From assembly GCF_009914755.1 (NCBI RefSeq), contig NC_060927.1: DNA of 64,000 bases. The stretch is one strand, 5' to 3'. Below are positions 30,034 to 41,590 of this stretch, one piece after another (the stretch's first letter is position 1; each line of letters opens with the position of its first letter). The position numbers and the translations under genes are program-made. The notes under the pieces are model-generated. The model searched no databases. It was not told the DNA's origin and saw nothing but the letters and a program-made list of their open reading frames with translations. Source of the stretch: the human T2T-CHM13v2.0 reference genome, Homo sapiens.

Positions 30034-31641
30034 GGGCTGTTTATTTTCTTATTGAGTTTTAAGAGTTCTTTGTATATTTTGGATAACATTCCTTTATCAG
30101 ATATGTCTTTTGTAAGTATTTTCTCCCAGTTTGTGGCTTGTCATTTTGTTCTCTTAACAATGCCTTTCACAGAGGAGTTTTTAATTTTAATGAAGCTCTG
30201 TGTATCAATTATTTCTTTCATGGATCATGCTTTTGGTGTTGTAGTTAAAAAGTCATTGCTGTACTCAAGGTTACTTAGATTTTCTCCTGTGTTGTTGGAG
30301 TTTTATAGTTTTGCATTTTATGTTAAGGTCTACGATCCATTTTGAGTTTATTTTTGTGACTAGAGTAAGATCTATATGTAGATTCATTTTCTTTGCATAT
30401 GGATGTCCAGTTGTTCCAGCACCATTTGTTGAAAACTTTTTTTTCCATTTTATTGCTTTTGCTCCCTTGTCAAAGATCAGTTGATTGTATTTATGTGGGT
30501 CTATTTCTGGATTCTCTATTCAGTTCTCTGTTTGCCTAATCTTTCACCAATATCATACTGTCTTGATTACTTTAGCTTCATAGTGTTCTCATTGCTTTTA
30601 TGGAGGAGAGGCTCTTTGAAGAGACTTACTCTGCCACACCTCATGATGTCATTTTCTGTTACGTTTCTTAAAATACTGTAAAGTGTCACATTGGTAAGTT
30701 ATCACCATTTTTCAAAAATAAATGGAGAAATGAGACTCAAGATATAAAATGAGTTAATGAAATTTATTTTTTCAGCTATTGTTCTAAGTAGGAGCAAGGC
30801 TCATCTCTTTTGTTGTTTGTTATGTTTTCAGGTGAAAAAAGTTGATTCTTTTTTTTCATAGCTTTGTTATTTTAAAAGTTAATACGTAGGACAAACTCTC
30901 AACGATAACCTCTCAATTAATTTAGCTATCATCAGCAATCTCTTCTTTATCTTCCTTCTTTAAATACAACTCTTGGCTTCCTCTCCTACCCATTGGAGCT
31001 GCTTCCTTTTAAACCCAAATAAAGAAACTATAGCAAACCTCTGAAAATAATATATTGAAATTGAGAAGAGTTGGCAGTAAAATTTTCTTTTTTCTGAAAA
31101 TTGTTTTTTGTTGTGTAATTGAAACTTTTATTAGTATTGCTGAATGTGAATGCTGAAAGGAAATAAATCAAGAAGGTGATCTGCACTAGCAAGGATGTTG
31201 ACTTTAGCAGCTGGAAGGCAAAGAAATGAGAGTAGTGTAGTATACTGTATGGGAGATTGAATGAGACTGTGAAACAGAAAGTCTGGGCTGTACTCCCTAT
31301 CTGCCATGAAAAAAGTGATACAATTTTAGCATTTCTCTGCCCCAACACCTTTATGTAGGAATTTTTGTGCTGTTGAATTACATGTCCTCTGAAGTCTTTT
31401 CTAATTGCATTTTACTCAGTTGAAAGGGCTTTATGCCTTGTAATGAAAATTAGAAATGTTTTATTCACCATATGACTGTTCCTTTTGGAGTAAGCTGCTA
31501 TGACAACTCTAGATCCTAATAAAGCCACAGTGGGTGTTTTAAGGAAAGATGTGCATTTATCTATTTTTTTCAAAAAATACTATTGTGTCTCTTATTGAAC
31601 ATGACATTGTGATTTTAATATTCTCTTATGCTTTGTTTTAG

Positions 31642-31682
31642 GTTGGTACAGAGGAGTTTCAACAAAGAAGCCAAATGTGAAG
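31642..31682 (+). CDS. DOCK3: DOCK3 internal coding exon (41 nt, probably exon 3), part of the N-terminal SH3 domain
   Basis: Pyrimidine tract TTCTCTTATGCTTTGTTTTAG acceptor ends at 31641. Exon GT TGG TAC AGA GGA GTT TCA ACA AAG AAG CCA AAT GTG AAG = (G)WYRGVSTKKPNVK. Donor AAG|GTAATG. The peptide matches my recall of DOCK3 ...ILEKCEGWYRGVSTKKPNVKGIFP.... It lies in a repeat-free island. Confidence 0.95.
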
Positions 31683-32482
31683 GTAATGAAAAGTTTATTG
31701 TTACCTTTTCTAATGTAGGAAGGAACTACCTTGTATGTTTGTTTGATATAACAACTCTTAGTGGTTCATCTTTTAATCTTTTACAGTAGCCACAATGATT
31801 CTTTCCTTTACAAAACTGTAGCAAACTCTTGTCTGTCTCAGCATATTAAAGTGTTTCTTCTGAAAGGACAGGAAATGCAAATATCATAGCTGCAAAGCTT
31901 ATCTTGAAAAAGCCTATTCAGGCTTTTAAATATTTTTTTCTTTAAGGTATTTGACAAAAAGTACATTGACTTATTCACAGGCCTAGTCCTGTGGAACCAT
32001 ATAATTAGATGAATTGTTTCTAAAAGCACAATGGAAAATATTTTCAAATAATCCAATTAGATATTTCTCTAATCATAATTTATTGAAATATGAATTTAAA
32101 CAAGTTGTTAGTGTAGAATACTAATTTTATGTACTAGATTTTATGTTTATTACAATTAATATTAATGAAACATAGTTTAATTAGCAGTTATAATACAGTT
32201 AGAAATAATCTTTCCCAATAATGTATTTGCAAACACTTCTTTCTGCATATTTTTTCATGTAATTAATATTATCAGCTTTTCTTGTATGTTTCTGTAGCTT
32301 AATATTTGATGCAGTATGTTTTTGTTTGTATAGAAAAATACCAAAATTATCACTTTTTTCATTCAAAAAGAAAATTGTTTAGAGTTCTAATAATCAGTTT
32401 TGCCAGTAGAATCATTCAGTTTTATTAGTTTTAAGGTAATGATTATAAGGAAACAGTATCTTTACATTTTAATGCCTCCTAG

Positions 32483-32699
32483 CTGTGGTTTCTCATTCTT
32501 GGCACTGTTGGCATTTTGGGCCAGATAATTCTTTATTGTGGGAGACAGTCTTGTGCAATGTGAGATGTTTAGCAGAGTATATGGCTTCTACCTACTAGAT
32601 GCCAGCAACCCTCTGTCCCTTAGTGTGACAACAAAAGAGGACTTCAGACATTGCTGAATTTGTCTTGGGGACAAAATGACCCCTGGTTGAGAACCACTG
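32483..32699. mobile_element. MER20 (hAT-Charlie)
   Basis: CTGTGGTTTCTCA...GGCACTGTTGGCATTTTGGGCCAGATAATTCTT...GGTTGAGAACCACTG. Confidence 0.88.
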
Positions 32700-33094
32700 C
32701 TTATAGGTAATTTTTCTTATATTTCTGATTTTGAAATACATTCATGAATGCTTACGTGGGAATAGTTTCTACTTGTGGTTTATTTTTTAAATTTTGATTT
32801 AAAATTGTTGAAAAGTTAGAACTGGAATAAATGAGGAATCTTATAAATGAATAGTTGTAATTTGTGATATTGCGTGCTATTTATTTATTTTAGTAGTATT
32901 TGTGGTCTTGGCCACCTCCCACTATCTTATTTCCAATACTAGTGTTTGAGGATCAGCGCGTGGACTGTGCTCATTAAAATTATTGTATGTTTGTGGTTAA
33001 AGTATGAAATTGATGCAAAGTTTGTGGCTTGAAAACATTATTGAGACAGGAATGATGGTACCCTTAAAATATTAAACATCACTGTTTTGATTAT

Positions 33095-33435
33095 ATCTTC
33101 CTACACAATGAAGTACTCCAAATTTGTGGATTAAACTAATAAACATTTTATCTCTTATGCTTTTGTGACTTGACTGGGTCAGCTGGGTAGCCAGTTATTC
33201 TGGGATGTGTGAGGTTACCTGTGGCAACAGTCAGCTGTGGGGTCAGTGTCCAAGACATTCTGGTAGGAATGTCCAAGAGAGTTTACTTGTATGTCTGGCA
33301 TCTTGGCAGGGTTGGCTGGAAGACTGTCTTCAGCTAGGCCACCAAGATAACCAGACTTCTCTATGTAGTCTCGGGGTTTCTCTATTTCCATGTGGCTTCA
33401 CATGGTTTATCCAGCAAGTAATTAGAGTTTTATTT
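33095..33435 (-). mobile_element. Old MLT1-family LTR fragment
   Basis: CTCCAAATTTGTGGATTAAACTAATAAACATTTTATCTC...TCAGCTGGGTAG...GGCTGGAAGACT. Confidence 0.55.
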
Positions 33436-33958
33436 TAGAGTTAAGGAAAAGTACCTGGAACCTCATACTTAGTTCTTAATTCTCTTTCCTACAAAAAACA
33501 GTTTTTGGATTCTGTGGGAGAGGCCATTTTGTGATTACTCTTAGCAGTGTTTTGACAAGCTGTACAAAATGAGGAACCTAACTCACACTACTCTAAAGAA
33601 TGTTAGAGCTCATTTTATCTCATCAGACTCCTTTAATTTCATTATTTTGGGGGCTAATGTGGTATTCAGAGATTGTATATTTTGGTAATATCTCTATTCT
33701 AGAATCTTAGGTTATTACAGCATTTATTAGCAACATGTATCTATATATCTCTTAATAGCTTGTATCTGTATTCTTAAACTTAAAAAAATATGGAAAGACA
33801 GTATTACTAACTGAATTTCATCCTGCGTCAGTGATATTTTATGGAACCAGTTATTTAGTGTTTGTAAAATATAATCATTTAGGGATACCACATCCTTAAA
33901 ATGATACAAAAATAAATGCGTTTCTATATATCCTTTATTTGTGCTAATATTATGGTCC

Positions 33959-33996
33959 TACTACACTTGATCTTAGCCAAAAGGCTAAGAAGTGAT
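33959..33996 (-). pseudogene. 3'-truncated U2 snRNA retrocopy (U2 nt 1-38)
   Basis: Reverse complement ATCACTTCTTAGCCTTTTGGCTAAGATCAAGTGTAGTA versus U2 ATCGCTTCTCGGCCTTTTGGCTAAGATCAAGTGTAGTA: 35/38, all three mismatches at CpGs. Confidence 0.92.
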
Positions 33997-34169
33997 CTTA
34001 TTTCAGTCATAATAAGTAAAATTTTCTATAGGTTTTTCATAGATATTAGTGGTTAAAGGAAAAAATAAAGATGACTTATTAAAGTTTGTCTTTAGTCGTT
34101 TATGATTTATACTAATAAGTAAAACACAGAATAGCTCAAATAATATCTGAACTAGACAGTGAATATAGT

Positions 34170-34487
34170 TATTTATTTATTTATTTGTGAGTGAATGAAC
34201 GAGATTGAGTCTCACTCTGTCATCCAGGCTGGAGTCCAGTGGCATGATTATAGCTCACTATAGTCTCGAACTCGTGAGCTTAGGCTACCGTCCTCCCTCA
34301 GCCTCCTGAGTAGCTGGGACTACAGGTGCATAGCACCACACCTGGCTAATTTTTTTTTTCCACTTTTTGTAGAGATGGGGTATCTCTATGTTGCCCAGGC
34401 GGGTCTCGAACTCTGGAGCTCAATCGATGCTTCTGCCTCAGCCTCCCAAAGTGCTGGGATTACAGACATGAGCCACCGTGCCTGGCC
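34170..34487 (-). mobile_element. AluJ with (ATTT)n tail
   Basis: Reversed Alu with ATTATAGCTCACTATAG. Confidence 0.9.
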
Positions 34488-34907
34488 AGCACTTAGATAT
34501 ATAAGTAAACGATGAAACAGTTCTTCCTATAAAAGTTTTTCAAAATTGGCAAAGCTTAATCTTTTTGTTCCCTGTATTATTTTGTAGTAAAACATTTAGA
34601 AGGAGAAACTGGGGTGATTATAAAATACCCTTTCTGTTATGACTACATACTAAAATTTTGCAGTTTAAGAGAAGCATGATAGGCAGGAAGTATAACTAAA
34701 TTTTATGCTAGATGATTTTCAGAATGATACTTTATTGTCTTTTCATTTTTTGAGGACTTTGTTTTTTCTGCATACACTTCTACAGTAGAACTTACTTTAG
34801 TTTTATAATTTTAGAGACCAAAGCAAGGTTTTGAGACATAGTGTTCTGTTCCATTGCCAAAATGCCATGTTATGTATTTGTTAGAGTCATCAAAATATTA
34901 ACTTTCT

Positions 34908-35194
34908 GGCCAGGCACGGTAGCTCTTGCCTATAATCCCAGCACTTTGGGAGGCCCAGGTGGCTCACTTGAGGCCAGGAGTTCGAGATCAGCCTGGCCAA
35001 CATGGAGAAATGCTCTCTCTACTAAAAGTACAAAAATTAGCCTGGCTTGGTGGTGCACTCCTGTGATCCTGGCTACTCGGGAGGCTGAGGCAGGAGAATC
35101 GCTTGAACTCGGGAGATGGGGGTTGCAGTGAGCCGAGATCTCGTGGACAACAAAGGGAGACTCTGTCTCAAAAAAAACCAACCAAACAAAAAAA
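34908..35194 (+). mobile_element. AluS with small deletions
   Basis: GGCCAGGCACGGTAGCTC...GAGACTCTGTCTCAAAAAAAA. Confidence 0.9.
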
Positions 35195-37564
35195 CTTAAG
35201 AGCATACATGAAGAATTAAAGAATAAGACATAAAATTGAGAAAAAAGGACAACAGATACTTGATTTTATTTTTGTGCTTTTTATAAAATATATGCTCAAG
35301 AGGAATAATGAAATTCAGTACAGTTTATATTTACTTCCATTTTGTGATTTCAGGATCAGCTTTTATCAATAATTGTGAACAGAATGCGTAGTATTCTGTG
35401 AGATAGGAACAGGGCCTTATGGAATGTTTTGCACAGCAAAAAATTGCAAGACATATTCATGGAATAGTAAATATTTTAAGCTGGGTAAGGCATAGTGCAG
35501 GAGAGAGTGATGGATGGTAAGGCAGGAAAGGCAGATTGGACCTATATATTTAGAGTCATACGCCAAAGAAATCTAAGGAATTTACACTTTGGCAACAGGG
35601 AATCTGTCATTCAACAGAGATGTGGACCCATTACTGTCATACAGTATAACTATAAAATAGGGTTTATCAGGAAAACAAAAGGTAAATATTGAAGATATTT
35701 ACTGTCAAGAGAATCGCTTGAACTTGGGAGGCAGAGGTTCAAGCGATTGAACCTCCTTGAATATTTAAGGTAAATATTGAAGTATTTGTGGATAATTTCT
35801 GAAATTTTCTCTAAAAATACTATAATGGGTAAAATGTATGTAGATTGATGAGTCAAGATTGGCAAAATGTTGATAATTGTTGAAGCTGAGTGATGGATTT
35901 GTGGAGATTCATTATACTGTTGTCTAATTTTGTCTGTATTTGAAATGGGTTATTACTTATCTCATGGAATTGTAATGAGGAATCAATGAGTTGATATGAA
36001 ACCGTTATTGCAGTGCCTAGCACATAAGAACGTGATAATTCTTTTGCACTATCGTCTTTTACTATTAAAGAATAGCACTGCAAATGAGACTGTAAAGACT
36101 GCCAACACTTTGGAGGACAGAGAAAGAGGAACTGGCAAAAAAAGACTAATGGAGGTCATAGTTGGCCAAGGAGAACATTTTTTAAAAACAGGGGTAATTA
36201 ATGGTTTCAGGTACTGTGGAGTAGAATGAGTACTGAATAGGGGCATATAGTTGTACTCACAGTTATGAATTATTACAGTGAAAAAATAGAAAGAAAAACC
36301 AGCAAAGGGGAAAAGGTGTTGGGGCAACAGTCTGTGATGAATTATCTTTTGATGTGCTGCTGGATTCAGGTTACTAGTATTTTGTTGAGGATTTTGGTCT
36401 GCGTTCAGGGATATCGGCCTATAGTTTTCTCTTTTTGTTGTGTCTTTGTAAGATTTTGGTGCTAGGATGATATTGGTTTAGTAGAATGAGTTAAGGAAGG
36501 GTCCCTCTTCCTTGATGTTTTGGAATAGTTTCAGTAAGATTGGTGGCAGCTCTTCTTTGTACATCTAATAGAGTTTGGCTGTGAATCTGTCTGGTCCAGG
36601 ACTTGCTTTGGTTGATAGGTTTTTTATTACTGATTCAATTTTTGAACTTGATATTGGTCTGTTCAGGGTTTCAATTTCTTCCTGATTCAATCTTGGGATC
36701 TTGTGTGTTTTCAGGAATTTATCCATTTCCTCTAGATTTTCTAGTTTCCAGTTTGCTGTAGATTTTCTACGTGTTCCTAATGGTGTTTGAGGATCTTTCG
36801 TATTTGTGTGGGATTGGCTATAATGTCACCTTTGTCATTTCTGATTGTACATATTTGGATCTTTTCTCTTTTTTCTTTCTTAATCTACCTAGCAGTCCAT
36901 CAATCTTGTTGATTCTTTGTGTGGATTTTGGGTTCTCAATTTTGTTCAGTTCTGCTCTGATTTTAGTTATTTGTTTTCTTCTGCTATCTTTGGGGTTACT
37001 TTGTTCTTGTTTTTTCTAGTTCCTTCAGGTGTAATTGCTATTTTTTTTTCTAACTTTTTGAGGTAGGTGTTTAGCATTATAAACTTGCCTATTAACTCTG
37101 CTTTTGCTTCATACCAGAGGTTTTGGTATGTTGTGTCTGTTCTCATTTATTTTAAAGAGTTTTTTGATTTCTGCCTTAATTTTGTTGTTTACCCAACATT
37201 CATTCAGGAGCAAGTTTTTAAATTTCCATGTAATTATGTGGTTTTGAGCAATCTTCTTGGTATTCATTCCTGTTTTTATTCCGTTGTGACCTGAGAGTAT
37301 AGTTGGTATGACTTCCATTTTTTTGAATTTATTGAAACTTGCTTTATGGTTGAGCATGTGGTCAATCTTGGAATATGTTCTGATTCCATTCTCTTCTGTA
37401 GATGAGAAAAATCTGAGAATGTCCCGTGGTTGATGGGTGGAGTATTCTGTACATGTCTGTTAGGTCTGACTAGTCAAGTGTTGAGTTTAAATCCAGATGT
37501 TATTTGTTAGTTTTCTGTCTCAGTGATCTAATGCTGTCAGTGGGATATTGAAATCCCCCACTAT

Positions 37565-37868
37565 GGCCAAGTGCAGTGGCTTATGTCTGTAATTCTAGCA
37601 CTTTGGGAGGCTGAGGTGGGCAGATCATTTGTGGCCAGGAGTTCAAGACTAGCCTGGACAACATGGTAAAACCCCATCTCTAGTAAAAACACAAAAATCA
37701 GCCGGGCATGGTAGTGTATACCTGTAGTCCCAATTACTCAGGAGGCTGAGGCAGGAGAATTGCTTGAACCCAGAGGCAGAGGTTGCAGTGAGCCGAGATT
37801 GTGCCACTGCACTCCAGCCTGGGTGACAGAACGAGGCTCCATTTCAAAAAAAAAAAAAAAAAAAAAAA
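37565..37868 (+). mobile_element. AluS
   Basis: Full Alu; TSD AAATCCCCCAC on both sides. Confidence 0.92.
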
Positions 37869-39001
37869 TCCCCCACAGTTATTGTGAGGTTGTCTAAGTC
37901 TTTTCGTAGGTCTAGAGGTACTTATTTTAGGAATCTGTGTGTTCCATTGTTGGGTGCCTATGTATTTAGGATAGTTAAGTCTTGTTGAATTCAACTCTTC
38001 ATCATTATATCACGCTCTTCTTTGTCCTTTTTTTTATTGTTGTTGGTTTAAAGTCTCTTTTATCTGATATAAGAATAGTAACCCCTGATCTTTTTTGTTT
38101 TTTATTTGCATAGTAGATCTGTCTTCAGCCCTTTACCTTGAGCCTATGGGTGTTGTCACATCTGAGATGGATCTCCTGAAGATGGCAGACAGATGGGTCT
38201 TTTTGTTGTTGTTGTTCAACTTGCTACTCTTTGCCTTTTAGGTTGAGTGTTTAGACTATTTACATTCAACATTAATACTGATATGCGATGTTTTGATCCT
38301 ATCGTGAAGTTGTTAGCTGGCTGCTTTTTAGTTTCTAATGTGTAGTTGCTTTATAGGCTATATACTTAAGTGTGGTTGTGTGACAGCAGGTATCGCTCTT
38401 TTTGTTTCCATGTTTAGAACTCTTAAGGATCTCCTGTAAGCCTGGACTAGTGGTAACAAATTTCCTTAGTGCGTGCTTGTCTGGGAAAGATTTTGGTTCC
38501 CCTTTGCTAATGAAGCTTAGTTGGCAGGATATGAAATTCTTGGTTGGAATTTCTTTTCTTTAAGAATGCCTAAAATAGGCCCCCAATCTCTCCTGTTTGT
38601 AAGTTTTCTGTTGAGAAGTCCACTGTTATCTTGATGGGGTTCCCCATTGTATGCGGTCTGATGTTTTACCCTAGCTTCCTTCCAGATTTTTTCTTTAGCA
38701 TTGACCTTGTTCAGTCTTATGGACTATATGCCTTGGTAATTTTCATTTTGTATAGCACCTCACAGGTGTTCCCTAGAGTTCTTGTGTCTAGATGTCTTCC
38801 TTGCTAGTAAGATTAGGGAAATTTTCTTTAATTATTTCCTCAAATGTGTTTTCCAGATTGTTTACCTTTTCTCCTTCTTTCTTAGGAATGCCAGTAATTT
38901 ATAGATTTGTTTGCTTTACATAATCCCATATTTGTTGAAAACTTTGTTCATTTTTAAAAAGTTCTTTTTTCTTTATTTTTGTCTGGATGAGCTCAAAAAA
39001 C

Positions 39002-39889
39002 TTTTTTTTTCTTTTCTTGAGATGGGGTCTTGCTCTGTCACCCAGGCTAGAGTACAGTGGTGTGATCATGGTTTACTGCAGCTTTGACCTCCCAAGCTCA
39101 AGCGGCCCCTCCACTTTAGGCTTCTGAGAAGCTGGGACCACAGGCACATGCCATCATGCCTGGCTAATTTTTTAATTTTTTGTAGAGACAGGGTCTTGCC
39201 ACATTACTAGAGCTGGTTTCGAATTCCTGGGCTCAAGCAATCTTCCTTCCTCAGCCTCCCAAAGTGCTGGGATTACAGGTGGGCGCCACCATGCCTGGCA
39301 AAAAAATATACATATATACACACACACACATACACACGCACACATACACATATATACACACACACACACATACACACACACATATATATATGGCAGCAAA
39401 TATATATACATTTGCTTTATTTATTTATTTATTATTTTGAGACAGGGTCTCTCTCTGTCACCCAGGTTGGAGTGTGGTGGCATGATCACAGCTCACTGTA
39501 GCCTTGACCTCCTAGGCCTTAGTGATCTCCCACCTCAACGTCCTGAGTAGCTGGGACTACAGGCACATGCCACCATGCCTGGGATACAGTAATTAAACAG
39601 GCACAGGAATTGATAAAGAATAGCAATGAAGACTAGAATATTCAAAATCAGAGTAAATGCTATTGAGAAAATCAGATACACTTTTGGAAAATGTAAAAAT
39701 TAGATGCCTTTTTCACAGCTTGCAGAAAAACAAATTCCAGAAGGATACAATTAAAAGCATACTTGTCAGCTAGGCAAGGTGACTCATGCCTGTAATCTCA
39801 GCACTTTGGGAGTCCGAGGTGGTGGGATCACTCGAGCATAGGACTTTGAGACCAGCCTGGGCAACATAGCGAAACCTCGTCTTTAAAAA
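39002..39889. mobile_element. Composite block: AluJ (-), (TA/CA)n, partial AluJ (-), old L1M fragment (+), Alu monomer (+)
   Basis: Alu motifs at 39002-39299, 39415-39581 and 39768-39889; microsatellite at 39305-39410. Confidence 0.8.
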
Positions 39890-40048
39890 ACCAATATTTA
39901 AGCTCTGACGTTCTTTCTTCTGCTTGGTTCAGTCTACCGATAAAGCTTTCAATTGTATTTTGAAATTCTTTGAGTTTTGAATTCTAGAAGCTCTGATTGA
40001 TTTCCTTTTAAGATGTTTATCTCTTCTGTCATTGCTTGGATTGCTTTA

Positions 40049-40444
<396 letters not shown>

Positions 40445-41079
40445 TCATTTCTGAGTCTCCATTTTGGTTAGGGACCATTGTTGGAGAGGTTGTGCAATTC
40501 TTTGATGGTGTCACTATATGCGTATTTTTCATGGTGCCAGAATTCTTGCCCTGGTTCTTTCTCATCTGGAGACACTGGCACTTCTAATTTTAAAAATTAT
40601 TTTTGTGTGAATAGGATTTTTTCTTTTTCTTTCTTTCCCTATGATATTGTTTTGTTTGTTTTCCCTCTCTCCTTCTCCTCAGGATGTGCAATAGTAGAGA
40701 ATGCTGGGTAGGGACTTTTGGCTTTGCTTCTGTAGTCCTATGCACACACTTTGGCAGGTTTTATATTCAGCTGTACAGTTCAACCTACAAGCCAATAGAT
40801 GGCACTTATAGGTAAGAGCCACCTGTGACCAATGGGTCTGACTATGTACTTGATCCTTGTTTACTGGCAGAAGTCTCTCTTGCTTCAGGCAGTAGACTGA
40901 TTCATGAAATACACAGTGGTCTGAGCTCCCTGCTCAGTCCCAGGGAAGTGGGGTCCATGATGGGTAGGGTGGACCATGCAGGTCTGCCTATAGGTCCTCT
41001 AGTGCTGGCACAAGCACCAGCACTGAGGGAGAATACAGTGGGTGGCCACCGAGCACTCAGAAGAGTGCCTAGGTGTGGA

Positions 41080-41590
41080 GATGGGAAACCTCCTTGGCCC
41101 CAAATTCTCTGCACATGAATGGTGGGGTTGAGGGTGGCCTAAACTCCTAATCCAGGAGATTGAGTACTCTAAATGCCTGGAGATCTGCCTGGGCATGTAG
41201 CAGGGAAGGGCTCCTTTGCACCAGGATTTATGCACAAGAGGGGTGGGGCAACTCAGGCTGCCAAACCAGGCAAGCAGGTGCTCTGAATGCCTGGAGATCT
41301 GCTTGGGTGTAGCAGAGAGGGCTTCCCTGCACCAGGATCTCTGCGCAGTAAGGGTGGGGCAGTTCAGGCGGCTGATCCAGATGAGCTAGAACTCCAAATG
41401 CCTGGAGATCTTCCTGGGCGTGGAGTGGAGAAGGTCTTGCTGCACCATGGTCAATGTCCATAAAGGATGGGATAGCACAGGCTGCTGGTCTAGGCAAGCG
41501 GATGCCCCATATGCCTGAATTTCTGCCTGAGAGTGGAATGGAGAGGACCCTGCTGCATATTGATCTTAGGGAAGCAGGCTGGGGCATCCA
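41080..41590 (-). repeat. About 113-bp degenerate tandem monomers in the L1 5' UTR
   Basis: ATGCCTGGAGATCT at 41173, 41287 and 41398; degenerate ATGCCTGAATTTCT at 41511. Confidence 0.8.

Noticed and set aside
33959-33996. Functional U2 snRNA gene
   Set aside because: Only 38 nt of U2; no Sm site and no recognisable PSE or 3' box
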